A DNA stretch of 64,000 bases from assembly GCA_964016885.1 (NCBI GenBank), contig OZ024744.1:113088001-113152000 (forward strand), written 5' to 3'. Made by a program: the position numbers and the translations under genes. Positions 12,660 to 24,757 of this stretch are shown here, one piece after another; positions within the stretch are counted from its first letter, which is position 1; every line of letters starts with the position of its first letter. The notes beneath the pieces were generated by a model. The model was not told the DNA's origin. It searched no databases and saw only the letters and a list, made by a program, of their open reading frames with translations. The DNA comes from Eledone cirrhosa. Its lineage: Eukaryota.

Positions 12660-12942
12660 CAGGAGGACATGATATGAAGGCTAAAAAACACTTGTGAATA
12701 GTGCAGTTTTAAATCAACATATGAGAAGTAATTTTAGATTGATGTGTGATATTGGGAAAAATATTTTATTTAGAGAGGGGGGGAGGGGTGGAAATAAAAT
12801 ATTTTTCCCAATATTATTGAGTCTATTATATAAAAAAGACTACATGAAATGTGATAAAAGATGAAGGACGGAAGGATTAAAAGAAGCAACGAGCAACTGG
12901 GAAAATGTTGAGATCCCAACATTGACAATGAGGTAGTTAGAT

Positions 12943-15900
12943 AAATGTAGTAACTTGCTAGTGTTTAGTTATATAGCTGCCTCTACTGACAACAAAATGT
13001 AGTAACTTGCTAGTGTTTAGTTATATAACTGCCTCTACTGACAACAAAATGTAGTAACTTGCTAGTGTTTAGTTATATAACTGCCTCTACTGACAACAAA
13101 ATGTAGTAACTTGCTAGTGTTTAGTTATATAACTGCCTCTACTGACAACAAAATGTTGTAACTTGCTAGTGTTTAGTTATATAACTGCCTCTACTGACAA
13201 CAAAATGTAGTAACTTGCTAGTGTTTAGTTATATAACTGCCTCTACTGACAACAAAATGTAGTAACTTGCTAGTGTTTAGTTATATAACTGCCTCTACTG
13301 ACAACAAAATGTAGTAACTTGCTAGTGTTTAGTTATATAACTGCCTCTACTGACAACAAAATGTAGTAACTTGCTAGTGTTTAGTTATATAACTGCCTCT
13401 ACTGACAACAAAATGTTGTAACTTGCTAGTGTTTAGTTATATAACTGCCTCTACTGACAACAAAATGTAGTAACTTGCTAGTGTTTAGTTATATAACTGC
13501 CTCTACTGACAACAAAATGTAGTAACTTGCTAGTGTTTAGTTATATAACTGCCTCTACTGACAACAAAATGTAGTAACTTGCTAGTGTTTAGTTATATAA
13601 CTGCCTCTACTGACAACAAAATGTAGTAACTTGCTAGTGTTTAGTTATATAACTGCCTCTACTGACAACAAAATGTAGTAACTTGCTAGTGTTTAGTTAT
13701 ATAACTGCCTCTACTGACAACAAAATGTTGTAACTTGCTAGTGTTTAGTTATATAACTGCCTCTACTGACAACAAAATGTAGTAACTTGCTAGTGTTTAG
13801 TTATATAACTGCCTCTACTGACAACAAAATGTTGTAACTTGCTAGTGTTTAGTTATATAACTGCCTCTACTGACAACAAAATGTAGTAACTTGCTAGTGT
13901 TTAGTTATATAACTGCCTCTACTGACAACAAAATGTAGTAACTTGCTAGTGTTTAGTTATATAACTGCCTCTACTGACAACAAAATGTTGTAACTTGCTA
14001 GTGTTTAGTTATATAACTGCCTCTACTGACAACAAAATGTAGTAACTTGCTAGTGTTTAGTTATATAACTGCCTCTACTGACAACAAAATGTAGTAACTT
14101 GCTAGTGTTTAGTTATATAACTGCCTCTACTGACAACAAAATGTAGTAACTTGCTAGTGTTTAGTTATATAACTGCCTCTACTGACAACAAAATGTTGTA
14201 ACTTGCTAGTGTTTAGTTATATAACTGCCTCTACTGACAACAAAATGTAGTAACTTGCTAGTGTTTAGTTATATAACTGCCTCTACTGACAACAAAATGT
14301 AGTAACTTGCTAGTGTTTAGTTATATAACTGCCTGTACTGACAACAAAATGTAGTAACTTGCTAGTGTTTAGTTATATAACTGCCTCTACTGACAACAAA
14401 ATGTAGTAACTTGCTAGTGTTTAGTTATATAACTGCCTCTACTGACAACAAAATGTAGTAACTTGCTAGTGTTTAGTTATATAACTGCCTCTACTGACAA
14501 CAAAATGTAGTAACTTGCTAGTGTTTAGTTATATAACTGCCTCTACTGACAACAAAATGTAGTAACTTGCTAGTGTTTAGTTATATAACTGCCTCTACTG
14601 ACAACAAAATGTAGTAACTTGCTAGTGTTTAGTTATATAACTGCCTCTACTGACAACAAAATGTTGTAACTTGCTAGTGTTTAGTTATATAACTGCCTCT
14701 ACTGACAACAAAATGTAGTAACTTGCTAGTGTTTAGTTATATAACTGCCTCTACTGACAACAAAATGTAGTAACTTGCTAGTGTTTAGTTATATAACTGC
14801 CTGTACTGACAACAAAATGTAGTAACTTGCTAGTGTTTAGTTATATAACTGCCTCTACTGACAACAAAATGTAGTAACTTGCTAGTGTTTAGTTATATAA
14901 CTGCCTCTACTGACAACAAAATGTAGTAACTTGCTAGTGTTTAGTTATATAACTGCCTCTACTGACAACAAAATGTAGTAACTTGCTAGTGTTTAGTTAT
15001 ATAACTGCCTCTACTGACAACAAAATGTAGTAACTTGCTAGTGTTTAGTTATATAACTGCCTCTACTGACAACAAAATGTAGTAACTTGCTAGTGTTTAG
15101 TTATATAACTGCCTCTACTGACAACAAAATGTAGTAACTTGCTAGTGTTTAGTTATATAACTGCCTCTACTGACAACAAAATGTAGTAACTTGCTAGTGT
15201 TTAGTTATATAACTGCCTCTACTGACAACAAAATGTAGTAACTTGCTAGTGTTTAGTTATATAACTGCCTCTACTGACAACAAAATGTAGTAACTTACTA
15301 GTGTTTAGTTATATAACTGCCTCTACTGACAACAAAATGTAGTAACTTGCTAGTGTTTAGTTATATAGCTGCCTCTACTGACAACAAAATGTAGTAACTT
15401 GCTAGTGTTTAGTTATATAACTGCCTCTACTGACAACAAAATGTAGTAACTTGCTAGTGTTTAGTTATATAACTGCCTCTACTGACAACAAAATGTAGTA
15501 ACTTGCTAGTGTTTAGTTATATAACTGCCTCTACTGACAACAAAATGTAGTAACTTACTAGTGTTTAGTTATATAACTGCCTCTACTGACAACAAAATGT
15601 AGTAACTTGCTAGTGTTTAGTTATATAACTGCCTCTACTGACAACAAAATGTAGTAACTTGCTAGTGTTTAGTTATATAACTGCCTCTACTGACAACAAA
15701 ATGTAGTAACTTGCTAGTGTTTAGTTATATAACTGCCTCTACTGACAACAAAATGTAGTAACTTGCTAGTGTTTAGTTATATAACTGCCTCTACTGACAA
15801 CAAAATGTAGTAACTTGCTAGTGTTTAGTTATATAGCTGCCTCTACTGACAACAAAATGTAGTAACTTACTAGTGTTTAGTTATATAACTGCCTGTACTG

Positions 15901-16187
15901 ACAACAAAATGTAGTAACTTGCTAGTGTTTAGTTATATAACTGCCTCTACTGACAACAAAATGTAGTAACTTGCTAGTGTTTAGTTATATAACTGCCTCT
16001 ACTGACAACAAAATGTAGTAACTTGCTAGTGTTTAGTTATATAACTGCCTCTACTGACAACAAAATGTAGTAACTTACTAGTGTTTAGTTATATAACTGC
16101 CTCTACTGACAACAAAATGTAGTAACTTACTAGTGTTTAGTTATATAACTGCCTCTACTGACAACAAATTGTAGTAACTTACTAGTG
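12943..16187. repeat. 52-bp tandem satellite, about 62 near-identical copies
   Basis: Unit AAATGTAGTAACTTGCTAGTGTTTAGTTATATAACTGCCTCTACTGACAACA, period 52. Confidence 0.97.
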
Positions 16188-16476
16188 TACAATAAAAAAT
16201 ACCTCTTTATAGTGGTTTAAAAAGTTAAACACTATTAAACATATTCGCTAGAATTATTGAAACGTGCTATGAACTAGCCTCTTTTTATTTACCTAATATG
16301 TACAAGTTTAGTTCCGTTTCCTTTTAATTTATTCTTATAATAGTATCTACAAAACATCTACAAATTTTCACTTTTTATATTGCTCGGTACTAAATTTTAA
16401 ATTATATATCATATTATCCAACAACAGATTAAAACGGGAATTCTGATAAACCATTCCATATTAACATGCCTAATTA

Positions 16477-16531
16477 TCTATTATATATATTTCAAGGGTA
16501 CCAAAACTTTGGTACGCTTTCATCAGATAAA
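16477..16531 (-). ncRNA. Type I hammerhead ribozyme
   Basis: Minus strand TTTAT CTGATGA AAGCGTACCAAAGTTTTGGTACCCTT GAAA TATATA TA ATAGA. Same family as 56549-56614. Confidence 0.78.
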
Positions 16532-16766
16532 ATACAAAGTTTGTTTTATAAATATTGACATAACCAAGAAAAGATACCTTAACGGTTCAAGTTTTCCTTG
16601 GATAAGAAAACTTGAACCGTTAAGGTATATATATATTATATATATATACACAGAGGTATCCACAGAGGTATACACAGAGGTATACACAGTAAGTTGTGGG
16701 GTCTATTCTGCATGAAGAACTCGATGTAATCAATATGTTGAAAATGTTGTAGATCCTATATATGTT

Positions 16767-17143
16767 TTGTTGGAGTTAATATATAAATGCACTGTGTCTA
16801 CTACAGACTCCAACAAACCATATATACGATCTACATCAAACACATTTAAGAAAAGATTTTACACACACTCTAGTAGTTTTAACAATACTAAACTAGCTAA
16901 CACCACGTCTTTAGCTGAAGCGGTAAATAATTATAAAAAGAAAAAAAAGTAGATTTCAAGTTATCGTGGAACACCATTCTACAAAGAACTCCATATCTTG
17001 GGAACAGGAGGGAATGCAGATTATGTTCAGGGGAGATCTTGGAAATTACTAAATCTAAGGACGATTTATTAAATAAAAGGCAGGAACTGAACATAGTTTG
17101 TAATCACCGTATACGAAGAACATTTAAATACTATAAACCTAAT
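16767..17143 (+). mobile_element. PLE GIY-YIG endonuclease remnant
   Basis: LIYKCTV..PYIRSTSNTFKKRFYTHSSSF, then after a frameshift CRLCSGEILEI..LLNKRQELNIVCNHR. Confidence 0.75.
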
Positions 17144-17354
17144 TAAATATTCTAAATAGCAACTCACTATAATTCTATATAGAGTAACATTTATTAGTAC
17201 CCCTTTTCCCTAATTATATGCATTCATGCTTATTTTTTACCTTTTAATGTTTTAGCTTCCTTAATGTTTATGCGTTAATGACTAAAGGCAACAAGGTACA
17301 CAACCACATGTAATTGCATGAGTAATTATATATCTATGTATGATATAGAAATAT

Positions 17355-17395
17355 ATTTATGTGTGTGTATATATATATTTATGTGTGTATATATG

Positions 17396-17450
<55 letters not shown>

Positions 17451-17620
17451 GTGTGTGTGTGTATATATATATGTGTGTGTGTATATGTGAGTATATGTGT
17501 ACGAGTGTTTATATATGAGTGTGTGTACATGTATGGGGAGTGTACATACACACATATATATGTGTGTATATATATGTATGGATATGTGTGTATATGATTA
17601 TGTGCATATGTGTAAATGTG
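17355..17620. repeat. (TG)n/(TA)n microsatellite
   Basis: Low complexity. Confidence 0.9.
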
Positions 17621-18458
17621 TATTTAGGTTTGCATCTATTTGTGCGTATGTATATTTTTGGTTGGATATCAATATAACTGTACCTCTCTATATATAGTGT
17701 GGATATATGCACTTTGTAATCTATGAAATTTATGTGTTTTAACTATGCCAACATGTATTTATCTGAGTTTGATTATTTATACATAAACATACTTGATAGC
17801 ATAATACAGCATATGATACGCCCTAAAATACTAAGTGCAATTTACCACACCGTATAATATTGTGTTGGTTAAGTTGTATATGATCGCATTACTGTATTTC
17901 ATTATCTTATTATAATTTTCATCGTTTAATATACTATCTTTCTTAGCCATAACCTTAATTTATATTCACCTTAAAACTCAATACAACACTAATCACCATT
18001 TATTTTTACATTCCTTTTAAACTTCACTATACCAGATACATTCAACTATCAGTTTGACAATCCCTTTCCTCCTAATACATTTTTATGCCAATTCTACTAT
18101 TAATACGATTCAACTATTCCTTTCAAAGGGTCATGACCTCAACTAAAGTGTATTACTTTTCATCTTAATACCATATGAAAAAAAACTATTTGATTGGTTA
18201 GTTCTTCAACAATCTCCAAATAAGGACATGATACTAACATACTACTAATTCTGAATAAAATTATTATTGCTTTTGAAAACAGCTGGTGATATGCATGTAT
18301 GTAAATATTCTCTTTATCTGATATTTTGTAACTAACCTTACATAGATCAAAAACGGAGTATAGCTACAATGTATTATCATCACCTAGAAAGGATCGTAAA
18401 GCAGTGAAGTATATCTCTAATGACTTGATTTTTTATTTCATTGTTTTAACTTTATATA

Positions 18459-21400
18459 TCATCATCATCATCATCAACGTTTAACGTCCGTGTTCCACGC
18501 TTGCATGGGTTTGGACGGGCGTTTTCCCACTTGAGGCAAGAGTGATTGTCTTGCTCGCATAGGACTGTCTGGCAGGTTTTCTACAGTTGGATGCCCTTCC
18601 TAACACCAACCACATTTACAGTGTGGACTGGGAGGTTTTTACCGTGTTGCCTACACGGCCACATTACAGCGTGGACTGTGTGTTTTTTTGTCGTGACACC
18701 TACACGATCTCATTTGTTTCGGCCTGGATGGTGTGGCACCAACATAACTTTACATAGAAGGGGGCGGTGTGGATGGGGTGGGGCGGGGGTGTATTTTGTT
18801 AGAGATGCCTACTGACTGTAGTAGGTTTTACTATGTATTTAGGTAAAGCGGGTCTTCTCTATTACTGAGTACCGCCAAAGGTCTCGGTCCAGTGACATTG
18901 TCTTGGAGAGGTGTAAGTGTGTGAGGTCGGAGTTTATCAGCTCGTCCCAGGTTTTTCTAGGTCTGCCTATTCCGTGGCTACCGTCTATCTTTATTGCCCT
19001 GCACTTTGTTATACAGCTATCGACTTTCATGCGCATCACGTGTCCATACCAACGTAGCCTTCTCTCGAGTAAACAACATCTGATCCCTCTTATTTCTAAT
19101 TTTTTCCTTAGTTCGTTTATGCTTTGCCGTTCTCACGTATATTACTATTACACATCCAGCGGAGCATGCAAGCTTCGTTCCTCTCTAGTCTGCGTATATC
19201 CTCTGCACACAATGCCCAGGTCTCACTGCCATGCAACATTGCTGTTCGTATGCAGGCATCATACAACCTGCCTTTCATTTTTAGGGAGAACCCTTTAGCG
19301 GCTAATAGTGGTATAAGCTCTCTGAACTTTTTCCATCCATTAGGGAGAACCCTTTAGCGGCTAATAGTGGTATAAGCTCTCTGAACTTTTTCCATCCATT
19401 TCTGACTCTTACTACTGTACTTTCAGAACACCCTCCCCCACTGCTGATTTTGTCACCCAGGTAACGGAAGCTGTCCACTATTTCTATAGAGCCCTCTGCG
19501 CAGTTGAAAGAGCTAGTATTTTGTGGGCACTTGTTGCTACTTATTGCACCAGAGCACCGGCCACATGTAAAATCTATGTTCTTAGTTAGCTTACCTGTGA
19601 TCCCACTACATCTTTTATGCACCCATACTTTGCATTTGGGACATAAAATGGAGTTTCTACCTACGCCTTTCCTACACACTGAGCATGGCCATTTCCCGGA
19701 AGGGACCGCCGCCTTATTTTCTTTCGTACAAACTAGAACTTTAGTCTTAGCCAGGTTAATTTTAAGGCCTTTTGATTCTAGGCCGTGCTTCCATGTTTGG
19801 AATTTCTTCTCTAGCTCGGCCATTGATTCAGCTATGAGTGTTAGGTCGTCTGCGTATAGGAGTTCCCATGGGCAGCCGGTCTTGAACTCCTCTGTTATAG
19901 CCTGAAGGGCAATAATAAATAGTAGGGGGCTGAGAACAGAGCCCTGATGGATGCTAACTTTTACGCTAAACTCTTCACTATATTCGTTGTTAATTCTAAC
20001 CTTACTGACTGTTTCTTTATACATGGCTTGTATAGCTCTCACAAGCCATTCGTCGACGCCTAGTTTTCTAAGGGCCCACCAGATAATGGAACGGGGGACT
20101 CTGTCGAAGGCTTTCTCCAAGTCGACAAAAGCTAAGTAGAGGGGTTTACCTTTAGCTAGGTACTTCTCCTGTAGTTGTCGTACAATGAAAAGAGCGTCTG
20201 TGGTACTTTTGCCTGACACAAACCCGAACTGCATTTCATCTAGGTCAATTCTCTCTCTGATTAGTTGCGCTATTACTTTTTCCGTGACCTTCATGACCTG
20301 GTCGATTAATTTAATGCCTCTATAGTTACTCCTATCTAGGGCATCTCCTTTACCCTTATAACAGTTAACGATGATGCTGCTATGCCAGTCCTTCGGAACA
20401 ACCCCATTCTGTACGACTTGGTTAACTATCCGGGTGACCATGGTGTGTCCCACCGTGCCAGATGCCTTCAGCATCTCAGCAACTATTTCCAAAGGCCCAG
20501 CCGCCTTACCCGTCTTCATATCCTTGAGTGCCTTACTTATTATACTACCCTCGACTAACACTGCTGGTCCCTCTATTGGGTCGATGTGGGGGAGACTGTC
20601 TTTCTCCCATTTATTCTCCTCATTTAGTAGCCTTTCATAGTGACACTTCCAAGCTACCTTCTTATCAGGGTCGGTGATGGCAAGTACGCCGTCATCATTA
20701 AGTACACACTTCCCCCCGACAATATCACGGTTTTCCTTGACACATTGCCTAGCAATCCTGAACACCTCACGTTTTTGGTCCTCGCGTTGTAGAACATGCT
20801 TGAACTTTCTTTCCTCTGCTTCCCTTCTTGCGAAGTACACTTGTTTCCTAGCTTCCCTCCTGGTCACTTGATAGTCTTCTCTACTTCCCCCATCCCGCCA
20901 TACTTTCCAAGCCTGCTTTTTGGCCTTAATTGACCCCTCCACCTTACTGTTCCACCACCATGTTACTCTCCTCCTGCCTACAGGCCTGCTCCAGCCACAG
21001 ACTTCGTCTGCCGCCATCAGCAGGTTTGCTTTCAGGAATTCCCACTGTCCCTCTATATTGTCCGACTCTAAATGCTCTTCCTTACTGTCGAAAGCATCAA
21101 GTAATATGCTTTGAAATTTATTTCTGGCTGTGGGGTCCTTTAGCTTCCATATTTTTCTCCTGAGGATAGTCCTCTTCTGCTGTCGAGTACGTCTCGTCCT
21201 GACTATGAGGTCGCTAATTATCAGTCTATGTTGGGAGGTGCATTCTTCATGAGGGAGAGATTTAGTGTTTACAACAGACACTCTGTCACGTCTTCTGGTA
21301 AGGATATAATCTACCTGGCTTGTGTGTTCCCCGGATCTATAGGTGATCAGGTGATTGTCACGTTTTTTGAAGTTAGTGTTACAGATAGTTAGGTTATTTG

Positions 21401-22590
21401 CGTCACAGAATTCCAGGATTCTGGAGCCTTCCTCATTTCTAGTACCAAACCCATAGCCTCCATGGATTTCGTCGTAGCCGTCACAAAGTTGTCCAACGTG
21501 ACTATTTAGGTCGCCTGCAATAATTATATAGTCACTGTCGGTTATTTGAGAGGTAGTGAGCATCAGTGTCTCATAGAATCTGTCTTTTATAGTGCCGGGC
21601 AGTCCGGATTGGGGTGCGTACGCAGATATTACTGTCACCGTAGTTCTATTGAGGACAAGTCTTATTTTAATTATTCTGTCGTTCACTCTATTTACGTCTA
21701 TTATCTTATCTGCCCACTTTTCTGCTACCATGATTCCTACTCCACCCAGCCCATCGTCATTTCCCACCCAGAAAAGCTTATAGCATCGTTTTTTACCCTC
21801 AATGAATCTAGCAGACCCACCCCTCCACCTGGTCTCTTGAATACAACAAACATCGACCTCCTTACGTTCAAGCATTTCTACAACCTCGTTAGCGCGACCC
21901 TTTAAGGTGCCTACATTTATGGTACCAACTCTGAAGTTTTGGATTGCGTTTGGAGGGTGGGGGCGGTGGGGAGCGGGGGGAGATGGGGTTATGTTAGCCA
22001 TCCGCGGTCGAAACAAAGAGGAGTGCTCGCATTCTCGTCCACGAGGTGAATTTGTCTTTATCTTTGGCATTGTCGCTGAGCGTCCAGATTTTTCTCTCTC
22101 TTCCACTCTCCAGGATTCCGTAGTCCATCCCTCCATCATATATCGAAAGGCAACCAGGCAAGCGATAGTATAGGCCTCTGGCTTATGATTGGTCCACGTA
22201 ATAATAATGGTGGTGCGTGGGGGCTCTGGCTTATGATTGGTCCACATAATAACAATGGTGGTACGTGGGGGCGGGAAGGAGGGGTGTTTGGTAGCTAGCT
22301 AGAAGGTAAGGATTGAATGAGGTCCTCGTATTTAACAAGCGATTAACAAAAATACAAGATTTGTTCTGTTCAATACGACAAAAACCCTCGTATTTAACAA
22401 GTAATAACAAAAAATACAGATTTGTTTTAGGAATACGACAGCTACATTTAGGATTTGGCAAGATTGGAGGTTTGGACTGGATACGAAATGGAAGTGTGGA
22501 GATGGTAGAAAAATGTGTACATTACGTTACATGATATACCGTGAAGGAGCAGCGATGAATTTGGCGAAAGTGATTTACTTGAAGGGTTTA
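18459..22590 (-). mobile_element. Near full-length RTE LINE (subfamily A) with 5' UTR repeats, a Nin-like 3' UTR and an (ATG)n tail
   Basis: Single APE-RT ORF. Tandem duplications in the 5' UTR at 22175-22271 and 22325-22440. The 5' boundary is approximate. Confidence 0.9.
18839..22001 (-). pseudogene. RTE ORF: apurinic endonuclease plus reverse transcriptase, broken near the C-terminus
   Basis: GTINVGTL, CIQETRW, SAYAPQ, GDLN, SQVDYIL, SQHRL (APE) and DLEKAFD, HQGSVLSP, YADD (RT). Likely start is ATG 22001 (MANIT). A 59-bp duplication at 19281-19398 shifts the frame. Confidence 0.92.
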
Positions 22591-23312
22591 TCTTATATAT
22601 ATATAGCTAAGAGAGAGGGGGAGAGAGAGAGAGAGATGGGGGGGGGGGGGGTAGTATATGTATATATATATATAAACAATGAGTTATATGGTTTGTTGAT
22701 TATTATTCAACAGAATTAATTTTATAACAGAATTTAGTACCAACAAGCATGAAGAAATTAAAAAAGTATGAAATTCCTAGAAAATTAGTCCATAAGAAGG
22801 ATGTGGAAATCAGCTTTCTCCACTGCAGAATAAATAAGAATGAATAAGTTTTATTAATATAGCAATATCTGTTTCAGTAGGAAGCCATGAAAGAGTGTAG
22901 AGAAAGATTAGTATATAATACAAGATTAAATGATGTTGCATCTTGAAACTTTTAACGTGGGAATTGATCGGCAGAGCAATGAATGCCCATTATAAGGCAA
23001 CCCTAACCCTGCAATAAGAATTAATTGTATTTGGCTCCTAGGACAACTAAAAGTTAATGATAATGATATCCACAGCTTTGATGCCCGCTATTAGGAGTTT
23101 CAAAAAGTTTTTGAATAAAATTTTAAAATAAACTTTGTAAAATTTAGTAACAATATTAAGTATAAAATCTGTATAAATTAGTAGAAATTAATCATACTTT
23201 CTGCATAAGATCGATTTACTCGACAGAACAGTGAAGTTTATTCTTAAGACAACCACGTAAATAATAATAAATTAATGAGAATGCTTTGAAATACAGAACG
23301 TTCAATAAATAA

Positions 23313-23380
23313 TTATTTCTACTTTAGGCACAAGGCCAGCAATTACCCAGTGCATTACTGGTACTTTATTTTATCGACCG
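23313..23380 (-). mobile_element. 3' fragment of the tRNA-derived SINE
   Basis: Reverse complement of the 3' end of 54500-54684. Confidence 0.8.
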
Positions 23381-24105
23381 TTATAAGGCAACCTTACAAT
23401 GAGTCGTAGTTTAATGCCATTAGAAGTTTTCCATGTGGCCAACACTCCTCACAGGCTTCAACGCATTTAACTGTAGTTCTATGATTACAGATACAAATAA
23501 AAATACTATGGACTTGGTGGAGGAATTATTATCGTCGTTATGTGAGCCAAATAAAATGTATCGTCAGCGACAGACATGATAGTCCTCTTAATCACTGTAC
23601 CGCATATAAAGGTGCATGTTTTTTCAAATATTTGGAAAAAGTACTACTTTCTGAGATTCTGAATTGGCAGTATCAGTAGAGTTCAAACCACGCTGAGGTT
23701 AACTTGCCTTTCATCCTTATGTAATGATTTTAATTATAATTATAAATATATTATAATTATATAATTTAAAATTGAGTAACAAGAAATATAGAAAGTATTA
23801 AATATTAAATTTTTAGAAATTAGTCCGTTATGTAATGAAGCAATGATCCACCAGATGTTGGCATAATACCTGTTTCACCATTTTTCAATAATAATTTGTG
23901 TTAATCAATGTCTGACTTGGAAACGGGTCCAGCGTGTCCCTTCTTAAATGGTTTTTTATCGGTGAGTGCTGATGTGAGAAGGTTTTGGTGCGGCCAACTT
24001 GACTGTGTTTTCTCAACTTTAGACTGTGAGGTTATTTCGGCTTCTTGTATCCACTAAAATATTTTCATATTGGCACCATAGCCTGACCCTATATATATAT
24101 ATATA

Positions 24106-24719
24106 TCATCATCATCATCAGGTTTAGCGTCCGTGTTCCACGCTTGCATGGGTTTGGACGGGGCTTTTCCCACTTGAGGCAAGAGTGGTTGTCTTGCTCG
24201 CATAGGACTGTCTGGCAGGTTTTCTACAGTTGGATGCCCTTCCTAACACCAACCACATTTACAGTGTGGGGCTGGGAGGTTTTTACTGTGTTGCCTACAC
24301 GGCCACATTACAGCGTAGACTGTCTGGCGGGTTTTCTACAGCTGGATGCCCTTCCTAACACCAACCACATTTACAGTGTGGGGCTGGGAGGTTTTTACTG
24401 TGTTGCCTACACAACCATATTACAGCGTGGACTGTCTGGCGGGTTTTCTACAGCTGGATGCCCTTCCTAACACCAACCACATTTACAGTGTGGGGCTGGG
24501 AGGTTTTTACTGTGTTGCCTACACGGCCACATTACAGCTTGGACTGTCTGGCGGGTTTTCTACAGCTGGATGCCCTTCCTAACACCAACCACATTTACAG
24601 TGTGGGGCTGGGAGGTTTTTACCGTGTTGCCTACACGGCCACATTACAGCGTGGACTGTGTGTTTTTTTGTCGTGACACCTACACGATCTCATTTGTTTC
24701 GGCCTGGATGTTGTGGGAC

Positions 24720-24724
<5 letters not shown>
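24106..24724 (-). mobile_element. Nin-domain-like module with four tandem 112-bp internal units and an (ATG)n tail
   Basis: Matches 18459-18747. GGATGCCCTTCCTAACACCAACCAC recurs with period 112. Confidence 0.88.

Positions 24725-24754
<30 letters not shown>

Positions 24755-24757
<3 letters not shown>

Noticed and set aside
96-12697. Long YI/HI/MYVC ORFs
   Set aside because: They are translations of TA/TACA microsatellites.
12943-16187. CRISPR-like regular array (also 45837-47227 and 60099-64000)
   Set aside because: Units are head-to-tail with no unique spacers, there are no cas genes, and the context is eukaryotic. These are satellites.
22002-22247. First 82 residues of the 981-aa ORF
   Set aside because: Probably 5' UTR read-through, partly from a tandem duplication. 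APE homology begins after MANIT.
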